Below, in pieces: positions 23,161-35,400 of a stretch of 64,000 nt of DNA. A program made the position numbers and the translations under genes. Under the pieces are notes generated by a model that searched no databases, was not told the origin of the DNA, and was given only the letters and a program-made list of their open reading frames with translations. The DNA is from Syncephalis fuscata S228 (taxonomy: Eukaryota > Fungi > Zoopagomycota). Location: assembly GCA_025786725.1 (NCBI GenBank), contig JAHLTZ010000004.1:806001-870000 (forward strand), given 5' to 3'. Numbering within the stretch: position 1 is the first letter of the stretch; every line of letters begins with the position of its first letter.

Positions 23161-24228
23161 AAGCGTCGTACTACGAGATGGAGTGGCAATGATGGCAAAA
23201 GTGCAATGCTCACAGCAACACCGTCGTTAATTTCTAAATAGAACTCACCGATGCCGTCATACTGCTAGACACCCATGAAAACCATACTGTATTCAATGGT
23301 GTATACTCGACCAAAATGGCCATTGAATACATATACATATGCCAATACTCACGCGACAAATCTGCATGTTACGATTTCAAGTCATCTATTTCCTTTTCTA
23401 TCACGTATATTTTTGTTCAACCTTATTTTTTTATCATTTATTTTTGAAAACTGAGCTACTTAATAAACATGTATTAATGTACCAATAAAATTGGTTACAT
23501 AACTATGATGTAGACAGATAAATGAATCACAGGCTCAAATAACAACAAAGTTTTACCTGATTACTTTGTAGCAATTACGCACAGAATAAGCGGTATACGC
23601 TAGCATCTATTTTTAATTTAATTTCCGTCAGCAGGTGGACGGACCAGTGCCATGCAGCAGTAATTGTTTAGATGGGAGGAACAGCAGCAGTAAAGCCTGT
23701 CATTCATATTATGGATAAATCATTGGTACAAACGGACTTTTTTACGGAAAAACAAACTCCAAGCTTTTGTGTTTCCACTACGTTTACTATATAAGGTAAT
23801 AAATTAATCTAAGGTAGTATTAACGTTTAGTTGAATCAGAGATTCGCGGGTCCTTCTATTTCCGCTCGGCATACGGTGCCACGGATCTGCAAAAGTGTTC
23901 AAGTTGCCATATATGTTGACGCAGCTTAATCGATGTCAGGGTGTGCTACCGCGTGTATTTACTCTTTTAGGATACACTATACAAGCACGCATTTGCTCTT
24001 GGCCATAATGATGGTTCGTCAGGCGACTATCAATAGTACAGTTTAATGGACAATTAGCGTCGTCACCGGCAACAATTTATCTATAAAAGCTTTATCCAGT
24101 TCCAAGTTAATGCTATTGATTCTACATCAGTTTGCACTCTAATAGCTCGAATTTTGCCCTAGTTTCAAAGTCACATTAATTCCAATCCTAATAATTTTAA
24201 TCAAATCTTTTTTGCAATATTATAAAAC

Positions 24229-25208
24229 ATGAAGCTTTCTACAAATCTCAGTTTGTTTTTGGTAGCATTGATTCTAGTAATTGATTCTACTAAAACTACT
24301 GCCATCCCAACTCCTGGTACGTCAAGTGAACCTTGTGAGAATTGTTGTATTTGCTACTGTATATCATTAAGCTAACCTTAATCTTTGTAGGCAATAATAA
24401 TGGCAGCGCCAATAATAATACAGGAAACAACAATGGAGGACATGACCGTGATCATGGCCGCGGTGGAGTTAATGTCAATGCCGGACTTAATCTTGGACTT
24501 CAAGCAGGCGTCAACGCCGGTGGCCGCGGCAATGGTGGTGGCATAAACGCCGGCCTAGGCGTCAATGCTGGACTACAAGCAGGTGTCAATGCTGGTGGCC
24601 GCGGTGGTGCAGGTGTCGGTGTCAATGCCGGACTTAATCTTGGACTACAGGCAGGTATCAATGCCGGTGGCCGCGGCAATGGTGGTGGCATAAACGCCGG
24701 CCTAGGCGTCAATGCTGGACTACAAGCAGGTGTCAATGCTGGTGGCCGCGGTGGTGCAGGTGTCGGTGTCAATGCCGGACTTAATCTTGGACTCCAAGCA
24801 GGCGTCAACGCCGGTGGCCGCGGCAATGGTGGTGGCATAAACGCCGGCCTAGGCGTCAATGCTGGACTACAAGCAGGTGTCAATGCTGGTGGCCGCGGTG
24901 GTGCAGGTGTTGGCGTTAATGCCGGCGTTAATCTCGGACTACAAGCAGGCGTTAATGCTGGTGGCCATGGTAATGGTGGCGGTGCAGGTGTCGGCCTAGG
25001 CGTTGCTGCCGGTGTCGGTCTTGGTGTTGCCGCAGGCGGTGGTAAGCACGGAGGTGCTTCTGCCGGAGCAGCCGTTGGCCTCGGCGTCGGTCTCGGCGTC
25101 GGCATAAATGCTGGTGGCAACAAAGGTAAAGGCTCTGGCGGTGTAAATGCCGGTGTCAACCTTGGACTCAACGTAGGTGTCCAGGCAGAAGCTCATGGTA
25201 GACGCTAA
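24229..25208 (+). CDS. Secreted Gly/Ala/Val/Asn/Leu-rich tandem-repeat protein (exons 24229-24316, 24391-25208)
   Basis: TATAAAA at 24082, signal peptide MKLSTNLSLFLVALILVIDSTKTTA-IPTP, an in-frame intron and 49-aa repeats. Confidence 0.88.
24474..24960 (+). repeat. Coding tandem repeat, 147-bp unit, about 3.3 copies
   Basis: Units start at 24474, 24621, 24768 and 24915 and are nearly identical at the nucleotide level. Confidence 0.95.
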
Positions 25209-25297
25209 TAATTTAGCAATTTTTACATAATAAAAATATTTGTAAACTTAGTTTTTATTATTAAACTATTGAACTAATTTTATACTGTTTACACTTA

Positions 25298-25701
25298 TTT
25301 GGTACCAAATGACTTTTATTCTTAATGCATTATTACTTCACTTGTTGTTCTATGATGTACCGACATGTTGGGTAGATTGACTTTTATTATTCACACTCCG
25401 CTTGTTAATAAATTAAACTCATTTGTTTATAAATATTGACTGACAACTCACATCTCACAATCTACGTCATCACATTCCCCTTTCTCTTTCTTTACACTTG
25501 ATAGCATATATCCATTGTATATATTTGTACACTCTATATATGTTACATAGATAGTGTTAGTAGTTGACTGATTACTAGTTAGGTACACACACTATTTACA
25601 CTATGCATTTGCATTGTTTTTTGTAATCTGACCTTTTCATTCCGATTATTGACGTAGTACCTTTACTAGCATAGCAAATGCATTTTAACTTTATTTTATA
25701 T
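25298..25701. repeat. Dispersed non-coding repeat, copy B
   Basis: Colinear with 1597-2042; copy A carries an extra segment of about 45 nt near its 5' end. Confidence 0.9.
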
Positions 25702-26006
25702 CGACGATTTGCTGCCGAAATCTCACTATATGTTCTGTTATTACTATAAAATGCCACCGCAGATTGTACAAGTTATTACTAATACAACTTGCAGTGGCAA
25801 TCTATAGCAAAATAAAAGCATATAGTCATCACTACCTTTCTGCAAATTGCCCTCCTTTTTTGCTTAATTATTGTGCTTAAAGTTATTTAGTGTAGAGGTT
25901 CATTGGAACAATATTAATACTGTTGTCTACGCTTTATTTAAAAAATAAAGTTTATTTGAAAGTTATTTTTTTAATTTTTACTGCTACAAAATAGCTGCAA
26001 CAAGCA

Positions 26007-26476
26007 CTAACTATATTGTATTAGCATTTTATTATTCTGACGATGATGCGTCACGGCCGTGCTTTTTAGTATTTTTTTGTTTTTCTCTGCTTTTCTTTTT
26101 CCATGCTGTTTAGCTAGTCTTGATTTCTTATGCTTTGCCCGTTTTGTTGCCTTTTTCTTTTGCTTGTGTTTTGAATTTGACTTGGCTTTTGAATCTCGTC
26201 TTTGTAGCAGTTGTTTTCCTATAATGTGGCTGGGAGATGTTGGCTGCAAGCTGTTGACGGCGTTGTTGTTGTTTATTGTGTATCCACGTAGATCAAACTG
26301 CGGCAGATATCTCTAGCAAACATCGTGTGTTTAGTGTATAGTCGTCAATAAAATATTAATTTGTTTACCTTTTCCATTACGCTGTCCTCTCTAGCACCTT
26401 CGCCAACAGCTGTACTTTTCACGCCATTAGTAACAAACACCAGCAGTGTAAAGGTGCATATGTTAAATAGTAGCAT
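26007..26476 (-). CDS. Secreted prepro-protein with a highly cationic C-terminal peptide (exons 26476-26369, 26312-26007; 137 aa)
   Basis: Signal MLLFNICTFTLLVFVTNGVKS, a 56-nt GT-AG intron giving MEK|R, a second site LQRR, then a K/R/H-rich tail. Confidence 0.75.
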
Positions 26477-26951
26477 GTTTGTTACAGATGTGCGCTAGTT
26501 GAATATGTAAATTAAATGCCGCTTGTAATTGTTTTAAAAATATCCACCCTTTTATATTATTTTCAAGTCAGAATATATTATAAATGCTACAGCCCTCAGG
26601 CTTACGTGCCATCATTTCCCCTGAAGCACAATTAGTAATAGAAGGGGTGCGGCATACGAATACGCTTACTGGTTTCGGCATCATTATAGTAATAGTCGTT
26701 ACGTCATACCTTTTACGATTTTAATATTTTGAAAAATTATAGCGTATAGTTTATTTTTATGAAATTAAGCTATAATTTCTAATGTTTATCTGTAAAACAA
26801 CACAATTTACTTTCCACTTTTCTTACAACTTAGCGTTAGTTAGTCTTCAGTGCTTTGATGAAATATTTCTGCATATAAATTATTAGTAAACGATTATACT
26901 TAAAACAATACACAGATTTGCTTTATAGATGATCAATAAAGCTTCTCTTGA

Positions 26952-27146
26952 TTATGTGCCTAGTACTTGAAACCGCATTAGCAGCCAGTTGTCCAGCTTT
27001 ACAAGCTCTGATTTTTTTGCATATACCGGGTATTCTGCTGACGGGGGAGAATGTTTTAAAGCAGCATTGAATAGGGCAAGAAGTAGCGACGATATCATTA
27101 TTATGGTAAAAACAAATATAAGATTGAGTGAGACTGTGTGAAACAT
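26952..27146 (-). CDS. Possible small secreted or membrane peptide
   Basis: 64-aa ORF with a hydrophobic N-terminus and TATA-like sequence upstream; no other support. Confidence 0.3.
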   Translation of the reverse strand: MFHTVSLNLIFVFTIIMISSLLLALFNAALKHSPPSAEYPVYAKKSELVKLDNWLLMRFQVLGT

Positions 27147-27389
27147 TTGAACAACAGCGCAACAATATCAAACAAACAAGTTTAGTTGACTATATAGCAG
27201 TAAAATATCGACATGTATTTGTACAAAAGCATTTTATATATAAAAAACACTAGCTGTGCATTACTTGCTTGCAAATGATCTATATAATAGTATGCGTATT
27301 TGTATGTGCATCTTATTTTGTACTGATTAATCACAGCCTATCTATGTTAAATTGTCAAGGATCAACCCAACCAAGTGCGATCAATAGTC

Positions 27390-27790
27390 GTGAAACTTTG
27401 AACAAGTTTCACTTTGACCGGAGTATTATTTAATGGCTCACCAGTAGACAAACGACCAACACAGACACTAGTATATTACACAAACCAATCTATATATTTA
27501 GTAAAATTAATTATTTAGCATAGTCAGATTTATTCAATGCGTGAAACAGTTGTTGTTTTTTAACAACCTAATTATTGCCAAAACAACAACAACCAATAGT
27601 GTAATTTATAGAATCAGTTGTATTGTATTTGAAAAGTTTCAATGTGTTCTATATTTGGCCTACCAGACATTGGTGAAACCATATGGTATAGGATTACATC
27701 ACTAAGTTCTAGATTGGTTTTGTAACTTTCATCGGGTAATCAGTGAAACCATATGGTGTAGGATTATATCACTAAGTTTTAAACTAGTTC
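27390..27790. promoter_or_regulatory. GTGAAAC motif cluster, including a palindrome and a 70-bp-period duplication
   Basis: GTGAAACTT-tgaac-AAGTTTCAC at 27390-27412, further GTGAAAC at 27541, 27673 and 27743, and a duplicated block GTGAAACCATATGGTRTAGGATTAYATCACTAAGTT. Confidence 0.55.
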
Positions 27791-27934
27791 CATAAATATA
27801 ACTAAGACTAAAAGTAAAACCTCACAGGCATCATAAATAGTCGTATCCACCAACGTACACTAAAAGCCATTTCTTTTTAAGTTTGCTGAAAGATCTTATA
27901 CAACTTTGCTTATTGCTCTCTTTTAATTATCACC

Positions 27935-28429
27935 ATGCACGCCTTCAGCCACATTAAAGATAAATTGGGCCACATAATGGGCCATGATGCCGCAAACCCA
28001 ATAAACAAAAATCCATTGAACAACCCACTAAGCAATCCAATGAATCCTGACAGCTCTCAGTCAATGGATCCCAATCGCCAGGGAAGTCAATCTGGCATGA
28101 GCGACCAGCAGCAAACCTCTGGGCAACAAGGCATGGGCCAGCAAGGTATGGGCCAGCAAACTATGGGCAATCAACAAGGAATGGGACAAAGCCTCAACGA
28201 AAGCCAACATGGCATGGGCCAGACTTCGATGGACCAGCAAGGCACAATGGGTAACCAGGGACAGTCCACAGGCATGGGCCAGTCTACAGGCATGGACCAA
28301 TCTACAGGTATGGGCCAGCAGGGAATGAATCAAGGAATGAACCAAGGGATGAATCAAGGACAAGGTATGGGCATAAATCCAAACACGCAGAGTGGCATGC
28401 CCGGTATCCAACAAGTCCCTCGTCCATAG
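27935..28429 (+). CDS. Gln/Gly/Met-rich low-complexity hydrophilin (dehydrin-like or prion-like)
   Basis: 164-aa intronless ORF with an ACC-ATG start, QQGMG/QSTGM/QGMN repeats and N-terminal HIKDKLG. Confidence 0.8.
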   Translation: MHAFSHIKDKLGHIMGHDAANPINKNPLNNPLSNPMNPDSSQSMDPNRQGSQSGMSDQQQTSGQQGMGQQGMGQQTMGNQQGMGQSLNESQHGMGQTSMDQQGTMGNQGQSTGMGQSTGMDQSTGMGQQGMNQGMNQGMNQGQGMGINPNTQSGMPGIQQVPRP

Positions 28430-30028
28430 TCTGTTTATACTATGGTCTTAATTGAACAAATATATTTTCTTGTTCGCATGTCAATAAAAATAATTCCATT
28501 TAATTTTTTACCGTAGTTTATTTGTTTCAGTATGTTTACAACATATGTCGCAGAATACTAGGAAGAATTAGACTGCAACATATCATCTAATCAATTGTAT
28601 TACGGTGATTATATCTGTATTATTTTTTTTATTTATTCTAAAATGCTTATTTGATTTAATACATTGCCAATACTTTTGGTTGATATTTACGTCAATTCCC
28701 CCAGGGCAATAAATCTTTTTACACAATCAATTGTAACGATTTAAATAGTTGACGAGTTGATTGGATTAATTGTGTTTAAATGATCATTCACAATAAATAT
28801 TAATGTAATATAATAACATTATCATTTCATAAAGTAGAATTAAATATAACAGAGCATTGTATCAGTAGCTGCTATTTAAACATTTAAACAAAAGAATGTA
28901 ACATGTTATTTGATTTCTTTGGAACATTTAAGGCAATTATTATTGTTGCTTTTGGCCATGTGTAGAAAGATTGATTGAATATTAATAGAAGCCATATAAT
29001 CGTGATTTCATGTTGCTCTGTTGTTGTTGTTATTGTCACTACTTACAACATAGATTATTGCATCTGAATGGACTTTTTTATCTTCCAATCTTCTACTGTT
29101 GCATTTGGGCAGATTTGCGATATAAGATACTCGTCTATGGTGACGAAAGGTAGGACGAATAGCGTTTCTAATGTTTACTATTGTCTTGAGCATTCTTAAT
29201 ACCAACTTGGTAGGCGCAGATTATCTGCCAAACATTGATAAAACAAATGGACTCCACCGTATGCAATAATGATAGGTTGAGTGCCTTCACCAGGAAGATC
29301 CTGTGACGACAGTTGTAACCAGAATATACGGCATGCCGTTGAGATTACTTGAGCAGGTGTTGATGTAAATAAAGAAATAAAGACTAGGGATGAATAGTGT
29401 TTTTTATTGATGTTCAAATATACATGTCATTTATATTGTTATATTCAACATTATCACATAATATATTACTGAATAGAACAACAAGATAGCGATAGGAAAA
29501 GATGACGAAATGGATAAATAAAATGCGGGAGTCAAGATACAGTAGAAACATTAAAGCCATTTAATACTAAAGTTGTTGGTATAAAACATACTGCCAATAA
29601 ATTACTGAGTGTAATAGGAAATACAATCAAAGCCAATGTTTCTTAAAGACAAGTGTAGCCATAGAAAGCGTCGTTATTAAAATAATGAAACATAGTCATA
29701 TTCTAGACGATGAAGCAATAGACCAATGGTTTATATGAATGAATAAATAGTGCGATGTTAATGCCAGCAGAAACATGCACAGTATATTCAGTACAATGGC
29801 CAGTGGTGAACCAAGCTTTCTAATTTCTTACCATCTATTAGTATAAGAAATCAAACCGACACTGTTGCATCAAAATCATAATTAAATGTAATATTCTATT
29901 GTAAGTAACATGAAATACTATTTAATATCTATTTTGATATTGAAAATTGGAAATAGTACATATTAATTAAGATTTTGGTTAATTCAATTAAAGTTAATGT
30001 GGCACTGCTTCAACAAATAACGCTTCTT

Positions 30029-30106
30029 AGTAGTAAAAACTGATTGACGATTTATTGTTCGAGTTACGGTTATTTTTGTCCAGTTTAAGCATAGGGAGTC
30101 AGAGTA
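30029..30106 (-). mobile_element. 78-bp terminal-inverted-repeat-like sequence, right copy
   Basis: Reverse-complement match to 7021-7099; ends in TA at 30105-30106. Confidence 0.6.
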
Positions 30107-30620
30107 CAATGGCTCCATACGAATAATAATGCTGTATGTATAAAAAACTATAAGTAGATTAGGCATTATTAAATAAAGGACCTTCAGTAACATATATACA
30201 TAGTATTAACACTTTCTATTTAATTATATAAATACAATAGACAATATGATTATGGCGATCGCTGAATAATAAATAAATAGTCATAACTATTGCGTTTCTA
30301 TCAAACCATGCCTTATTAGTTTTTTCTCCCCTATGCAATCTTTTCATTAAATCCATTGCTATATAATGCTTATAAATTATTTTGTATATGAAAGGTTTTA
30401 TTTATTGAAAAAGATGTAGCAAAATTTAAAAAACAACAAGAAAAATAAAAAAGCAGCCATAAGCTGCCGATTAAAACAAAAACTACTGGTTGATTTTGTC
30501 ATCTGAAATACAGACGGTTATCATGAAAATGTGGTGCAAAAAGGCACTTTGTAAAACCAGTCATATTATCATTACTGAATCTATTGATAAAGCAAAAGAT
30601 TACCTCTACGCGTGGCGATG

Positions 30621-31556
30621 TTAGATTTTCATAGCAGAGTAAACCACTTGAGTCGTTGAGTTAAGTACAAACTCGTGATAGAAAACGTCAATTTCTTCTG
30701 ATGGGTTACTATCGCGAGTGGATCGGGATGGTTGAGATGAAGACATCAGTGCAGGATCATAGAGAAACACTGTTTCGCGCAACCTTGACCAGCGAAAATG
30801 GTTGGTGTCAGGCTCGTTGTTGTCTGTTTCAGATTCTTTTGATGGGCAAAAGCTGCGTCGTGTACGACCTTGCAAGTTATCTAATGATCTCGATTTTCTA
30901 GGCTGTCCGTTGAATTTCAAAGCACCATTTCGCTTCCATGAGGCAAGTCCAAAGCGTTTTGTGGGCAAACTATAAAATTTGACAGAGCAATTTGGTTTCA
31001 CTGACGGTGATGCTGCAGTTCTTACTGAGCTTTCGGCACTCGCTGTTGTCGATGCCAACGACGTTGCCGATGCCGTCCCCAAACGTAGCAAGCCACAACT
31101 AGCTTTGCTAAGTAGTCTCCGTCCACGAGATGCCATTTTTGGCGAGTCATGAGGTGTTTTAATCTCGCTACATTCGCTATCAAAACTCCTGCACTCATCA
31201 TGTATGGTTATGGTGGCGGAAGAGTCGAGCGAGTCTCTTTCACGTCTATCGTTGTCATCGTCAGTCAATTCTGAATTCGCCCAGTGGCTATGCGGTATCA
31301 ATTGATTATTTGATGATCCGGAAGACATTACACTTTTGGGTGATGGTAAACTGTTAATACCAAAACAGCTATTTTTCTTAATTGCAGTCGCATTATGCAA
31401 ATAAGAGTTCGTTATAATTTGAGGTAAAATAGTAGTGGCATCATTGGTAGGGCAATTATTATTAATATGGCTATTGCTACTTGAAGAGGACAAGGCAGAG
31501 CTCTCCTTATCATTGCGAGAACGCTGGAATAACATATTTGAAATAAAACGAGGCAT
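30621..31556 (-). CDS. Hypothetical Ser-rich disordered protein
   Basis: Intronless ORF of about 311 aa from ATG 31556; no family recognised. Confidence 0.65.
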   Translation of the reverse strand: MPRFISNMLFQRSRNDKESSALSSSSSNSHINNNCPTNDATTILPQIITNSYLHNATAIKKNSCFGINSLPSPKSVMSSGSSNNQLIPHSHWANSELTDDDNDRRERDSLDSSATITIHDECRSFDSECSEIKTPHDSPKMASRGRRLLSKASCGLLRLGTASATSLASTTASAESSVRTAASPSVKPNCSVKFYSLPTKRFGLASWKRNGALKFNGQPRKSRSLDNLQGRTRRSFCPSKESETDNNEPDTNHFRWSRLRETVFLYDPALMSSSQPSRSTRDSNPSEEIDVFYHEFVLNSTTQVVYSAMKI

Positions 31557-32491
31557 ATTACTAGTAGCAAATAATGACAATCAGTGAATACTACGCTTTG
31601 ATATTGATAAGGACAGAAGGGAAGCTATTTTTTGTCAACTCCGTCGTGCAAATGATAATGATAGTAAACTAAGTAATTGCGGCTTTTGAGAAGGGAAAAC
31701 AAACGCTTTAAGCAATTCTATTTGTTATTAAAGTAGGCGTAAATAATGGGAGTGCTAATAATTCAGTTACACTGATTTTTCTAAATGTTATAAACATGAC
31801 TGCGTACAATGGGCGGTATTATATGTATTTGTGTGTTATAACTTGGCCACAGAGTTCAACTTGAATCTGGCCAACGAATCAAGGGGATAGCGCGGCCTGC
31901 CTTGCCACTACTATTCTATTACAAAAAGGATTGCAAAATATTAGTACCGGCCAAACGATTAGACGTAACTGGTGTTCTTGCCGACACGTGCCATCCTAGG
32001 CAAGGAGTGTTCCAAGCAACTGCAAGTACTGCAACTACCATGCGCCAACAACTCCTATCTTTTTGTGAAGCTGGAGAATATCAGCGATTGGCCTTTATGG
32101 CACATCAAGGCGAGTATCAGATTCACTGAATGCCATGTGCTTGGCCTTGATACCATTTCTTTTAAGTTTTTTGACCTCTCAAATCCGGTTTTGATAAAAT
32201 GTGCATGATCGCAAGCTTATATATTTATATGCAATTTGAAATCGACTGATTATTAGAAACAAGTAGCTCGACCACCTAAACGGTTAAAGGAGACCAAGTT
32301 GTCGCCGTGTGCATTAAACATTAATGCAACACTGGAGAAAAGGAGACAATAAACATGATACAGTATTATTGCAATTTTAACGCGCCTTCTATGGCGTAAA
32401 CACACACACACACGCGCGCGCAAATAGCCGTCTAATTTCATGCAAATAAAAAAACAAGGGGAAGCATTGATAATGAATAGTTTTATTCTAT

Positions 32492-35400
32492 CTAAACGGT
32501 ACTACCCAGATGGCAACGAGCCATAGCCATAAGTGCGCCTAGTTCACCGGAGGCCTCGCATAATTGTCGGAAAAGGCTATCAGGGCGACGGAGAAGCTGA
32601 GCCGGCTCATCAAACTCTACTAAGCGACCACCATCTATAGAAAGCGTGCATGAGACTTTTACTCATAATTAACTAAAACGCTTACCTAATACCATAACAC
32701 GATCATAATCGATGACTGTACGCATCCTATGCGCAATGCGTAACAGTGTAGCATGAGGGAACTCCTCTCGAACTATCATTTGAATTTTAGCCTCCGTGTC
32801 AAGATTAATAAACGTGGCTGATTCATCCATAATAATAATCTAAATAAAAGTTAGCCCTATTGTGCTTTAAATTAAATACAATTCCGTTATTTACTCGATT
32901 ATTATTTAATAATGCCCGTGCAATGCCTAATAGACGGCGTTCATCTGATGTGAAATTAGATCCATTTTCTGCCACTGTAACATCCAAGTGTTCTAGGCGG
33001 CTTCGCCTCTCTCCGCTTGTCTCTTTCGAAATAAGGCGACTACGATGAACAGCATTCCAGATAGAGGCATCGTCATGCATTGAGAATGGATCCAAATTAC
33101 TGCGCAATGTTCCAGAAAATAGTCCAGGATCCTCAGGAATAATGGTGAGACGTGAGCGCAAGTCTTTAAGACCAATCTTGCTAACATCAACGCCATCAAT
33201 AATAATACGCCCGCTTGAGGCTTTAATAAGGCGGAAAAGTGCTGCAGCCAATGTTGTCTTGCCTGAGCCTATTCAACAATTATTATACATTTAATAAATA
33301 GCACTTAACCATTTAATAGTTTACTTACTGGCTCGGCCAACAATGCCTACCCGTTCGCCTGGACGAATAGACAGTGAAATATCCTGTAATGCCGGAATTT
33401 GGCTCTTAGGGTATCTTACTACAAGATTTCTAATTTCAATCTTTCCAGATTGTGGCCACTAGTAGAAATATTAATAAATACATCAATCCATATAGCCATT
33501 AATTATGCTAATTACCTCTTCGGGTGGAGCATAAACCTCGCCACTTGAACTTGATTCTTGTTCAATATTTAAATACTCAGATACACGCTCCACGCTAGTC
33601 ATATCAGATTCTATTTGACTATAATTATTTACAGTATGCTAAATGAACAATGTTAATGCTAGCCAATGGCGCTATGTTTATCAGCCAACTTACGCTAATT
33701 GAACTAGTAAATGTCATGGCATAGGTGAGTATAAATCCAACAAGTGCTGCATTAAAGTGGTGGGGCGAGTAAAGCAATAATGAGGCGGTAATTAAGGTAA
33801 CTAGAGCGGATGTCCATTCTAGACGTGAAATGACCCAATGACTGCAAGCAGAGCGCAAATAGGCCGATCTATTCATTGTATCGATTTGAGCATTGCCTTT
33901 TGTTAAGAATGACTGTCTTAATCCACTAGTACGAATAATGGCAACGCCGCTAATAACGAATTTGTTAATAACATATAACACTATAGTGATGGCAATTTTT
34001 TACCTTGCTATTTCATTGGCCATCATGTAAAATTGTGCCTTTGATTGTGATTCCAAGTTCCTAAGATGATGTGATGTTCTTAAAAAGAACCTGACAGAGA
34101 AAGCATGCATAATAGCTGCATGTAAATGTCAGAGACCGATAAAAGCAGTAATATCTACATTATTCAACTACCTACCGATAATAATACCCAGTGGCAAAAA
34201 TACTGGAATAGCCACGCTTATAACTAGCAGCTGGACAATCATACTAGATAGATTCAGTAGAAACATGGCCAGATGTGAGGGTAGAGCACGGTCAACTATG
34301 GAAAAGTCATTTTTAACACGTTCCATCATATGGCCAATCATTAATTCATCGAGGAATGTCATAGTAGCATAACACAGATTGTCCATAAAGCTTTGGTGTA
34401 GCGTTTGACTGGCATAAAATCCCGTCAAATATACCAATAACACAGGGAATCCCACTAGAATAACAACTACACCAGACAATAAAACATAGATCCAAAAGTA
34501 GAAGGCAACATCTTTGTCTTCTGAATGATCGTCTGTCCAAAGCAGTAGCCAGTAGTTTTGTCCGACCATAGCAATTTGAACGAGTGCATAAACAATGGCA
34601 ATGTACTTCCATCGAGTACAGCCACCACTTAAATTAAAGTATGTAGTGTAGACGCCTTGTTTTGTTATGTTTTCGCTACTATTCTTGTTGGATACATCAT
34701 CGTAGTCGGTTAATGAGATGAGATCGCCAAATGGACTGGCATCTCGACCGTTAAATGATGCAAAATCATCCTTTTTACCAGATTTAAAATCGGAATCCAC
34801 TTTAACCGTTGATATATCATTAGATTTAGATGCTGGCGACAAAAGTGATAGCGCCATCACACTGGCCGGTTCTCCAGTGGCAATGACCCGACCTTCATGT
34901 AAGGCAACCGCATAGGTGGCACCTCTAGCAAATGCTCCAAAGTTATTCGTTACCATAATACGCGTGCGGTCGCACATTGGTGGACCAAGAAGACAGTGCT
35001 CCATAACATGCTTGGCCGTCGATATATCCAGTGCATCTAGACAATTGTCCATAAAAATATACTCGGCCGAGCTATAAACGGCCCGAGCCAAGGCAATGCG
35101 TTGTTTTAAGCTTTTAGTAATCGTGACGCCTTGACTGCCGACCAGTGTACGATCGCCCATTTCAAGCATTTCAATGTCACGTTCAAGTGCGCAAGCATGC
35201 AACACTTGGCGATAACGCTGTTCAATTAACGGCTGGCTAAATAGAATATTATCACGAATTGACATAGTCTGCAGCCAAACTGATTGTGTAATAAGTGCAA
35301 TATTGGTTGTCTTTGTATCATTGGCCATGCCTGTCTTTAGTGTCTTTGGCCAATATATTTTACCGCGTATACGTGGCATTTCTACACAGTATTAATCAGA

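Noticed and set aside
24500-25171. 223-aa Pro-rich minus-strand ORF
   Set aside because: Antisense shadow of the Gly-rich repeat gene, which has the signal peptide, intron and TATA box.
27673-27790. CRISPR-like repeat-spacer
   Set aside because: Only two imperfect copies in a eukaryotic context with no cas genes.
29008-29417. Overlapping minus-strand ORFs as a decayed gene
   Set aside because: No in-frame ATG and no family similarity that I can identify.
30029-30072. tRNA/SINE A- and B-box in the 79-bp repeat (GTTCGAGT)
   Set aside because: Box spacing is too short and there is no cloverleaf.
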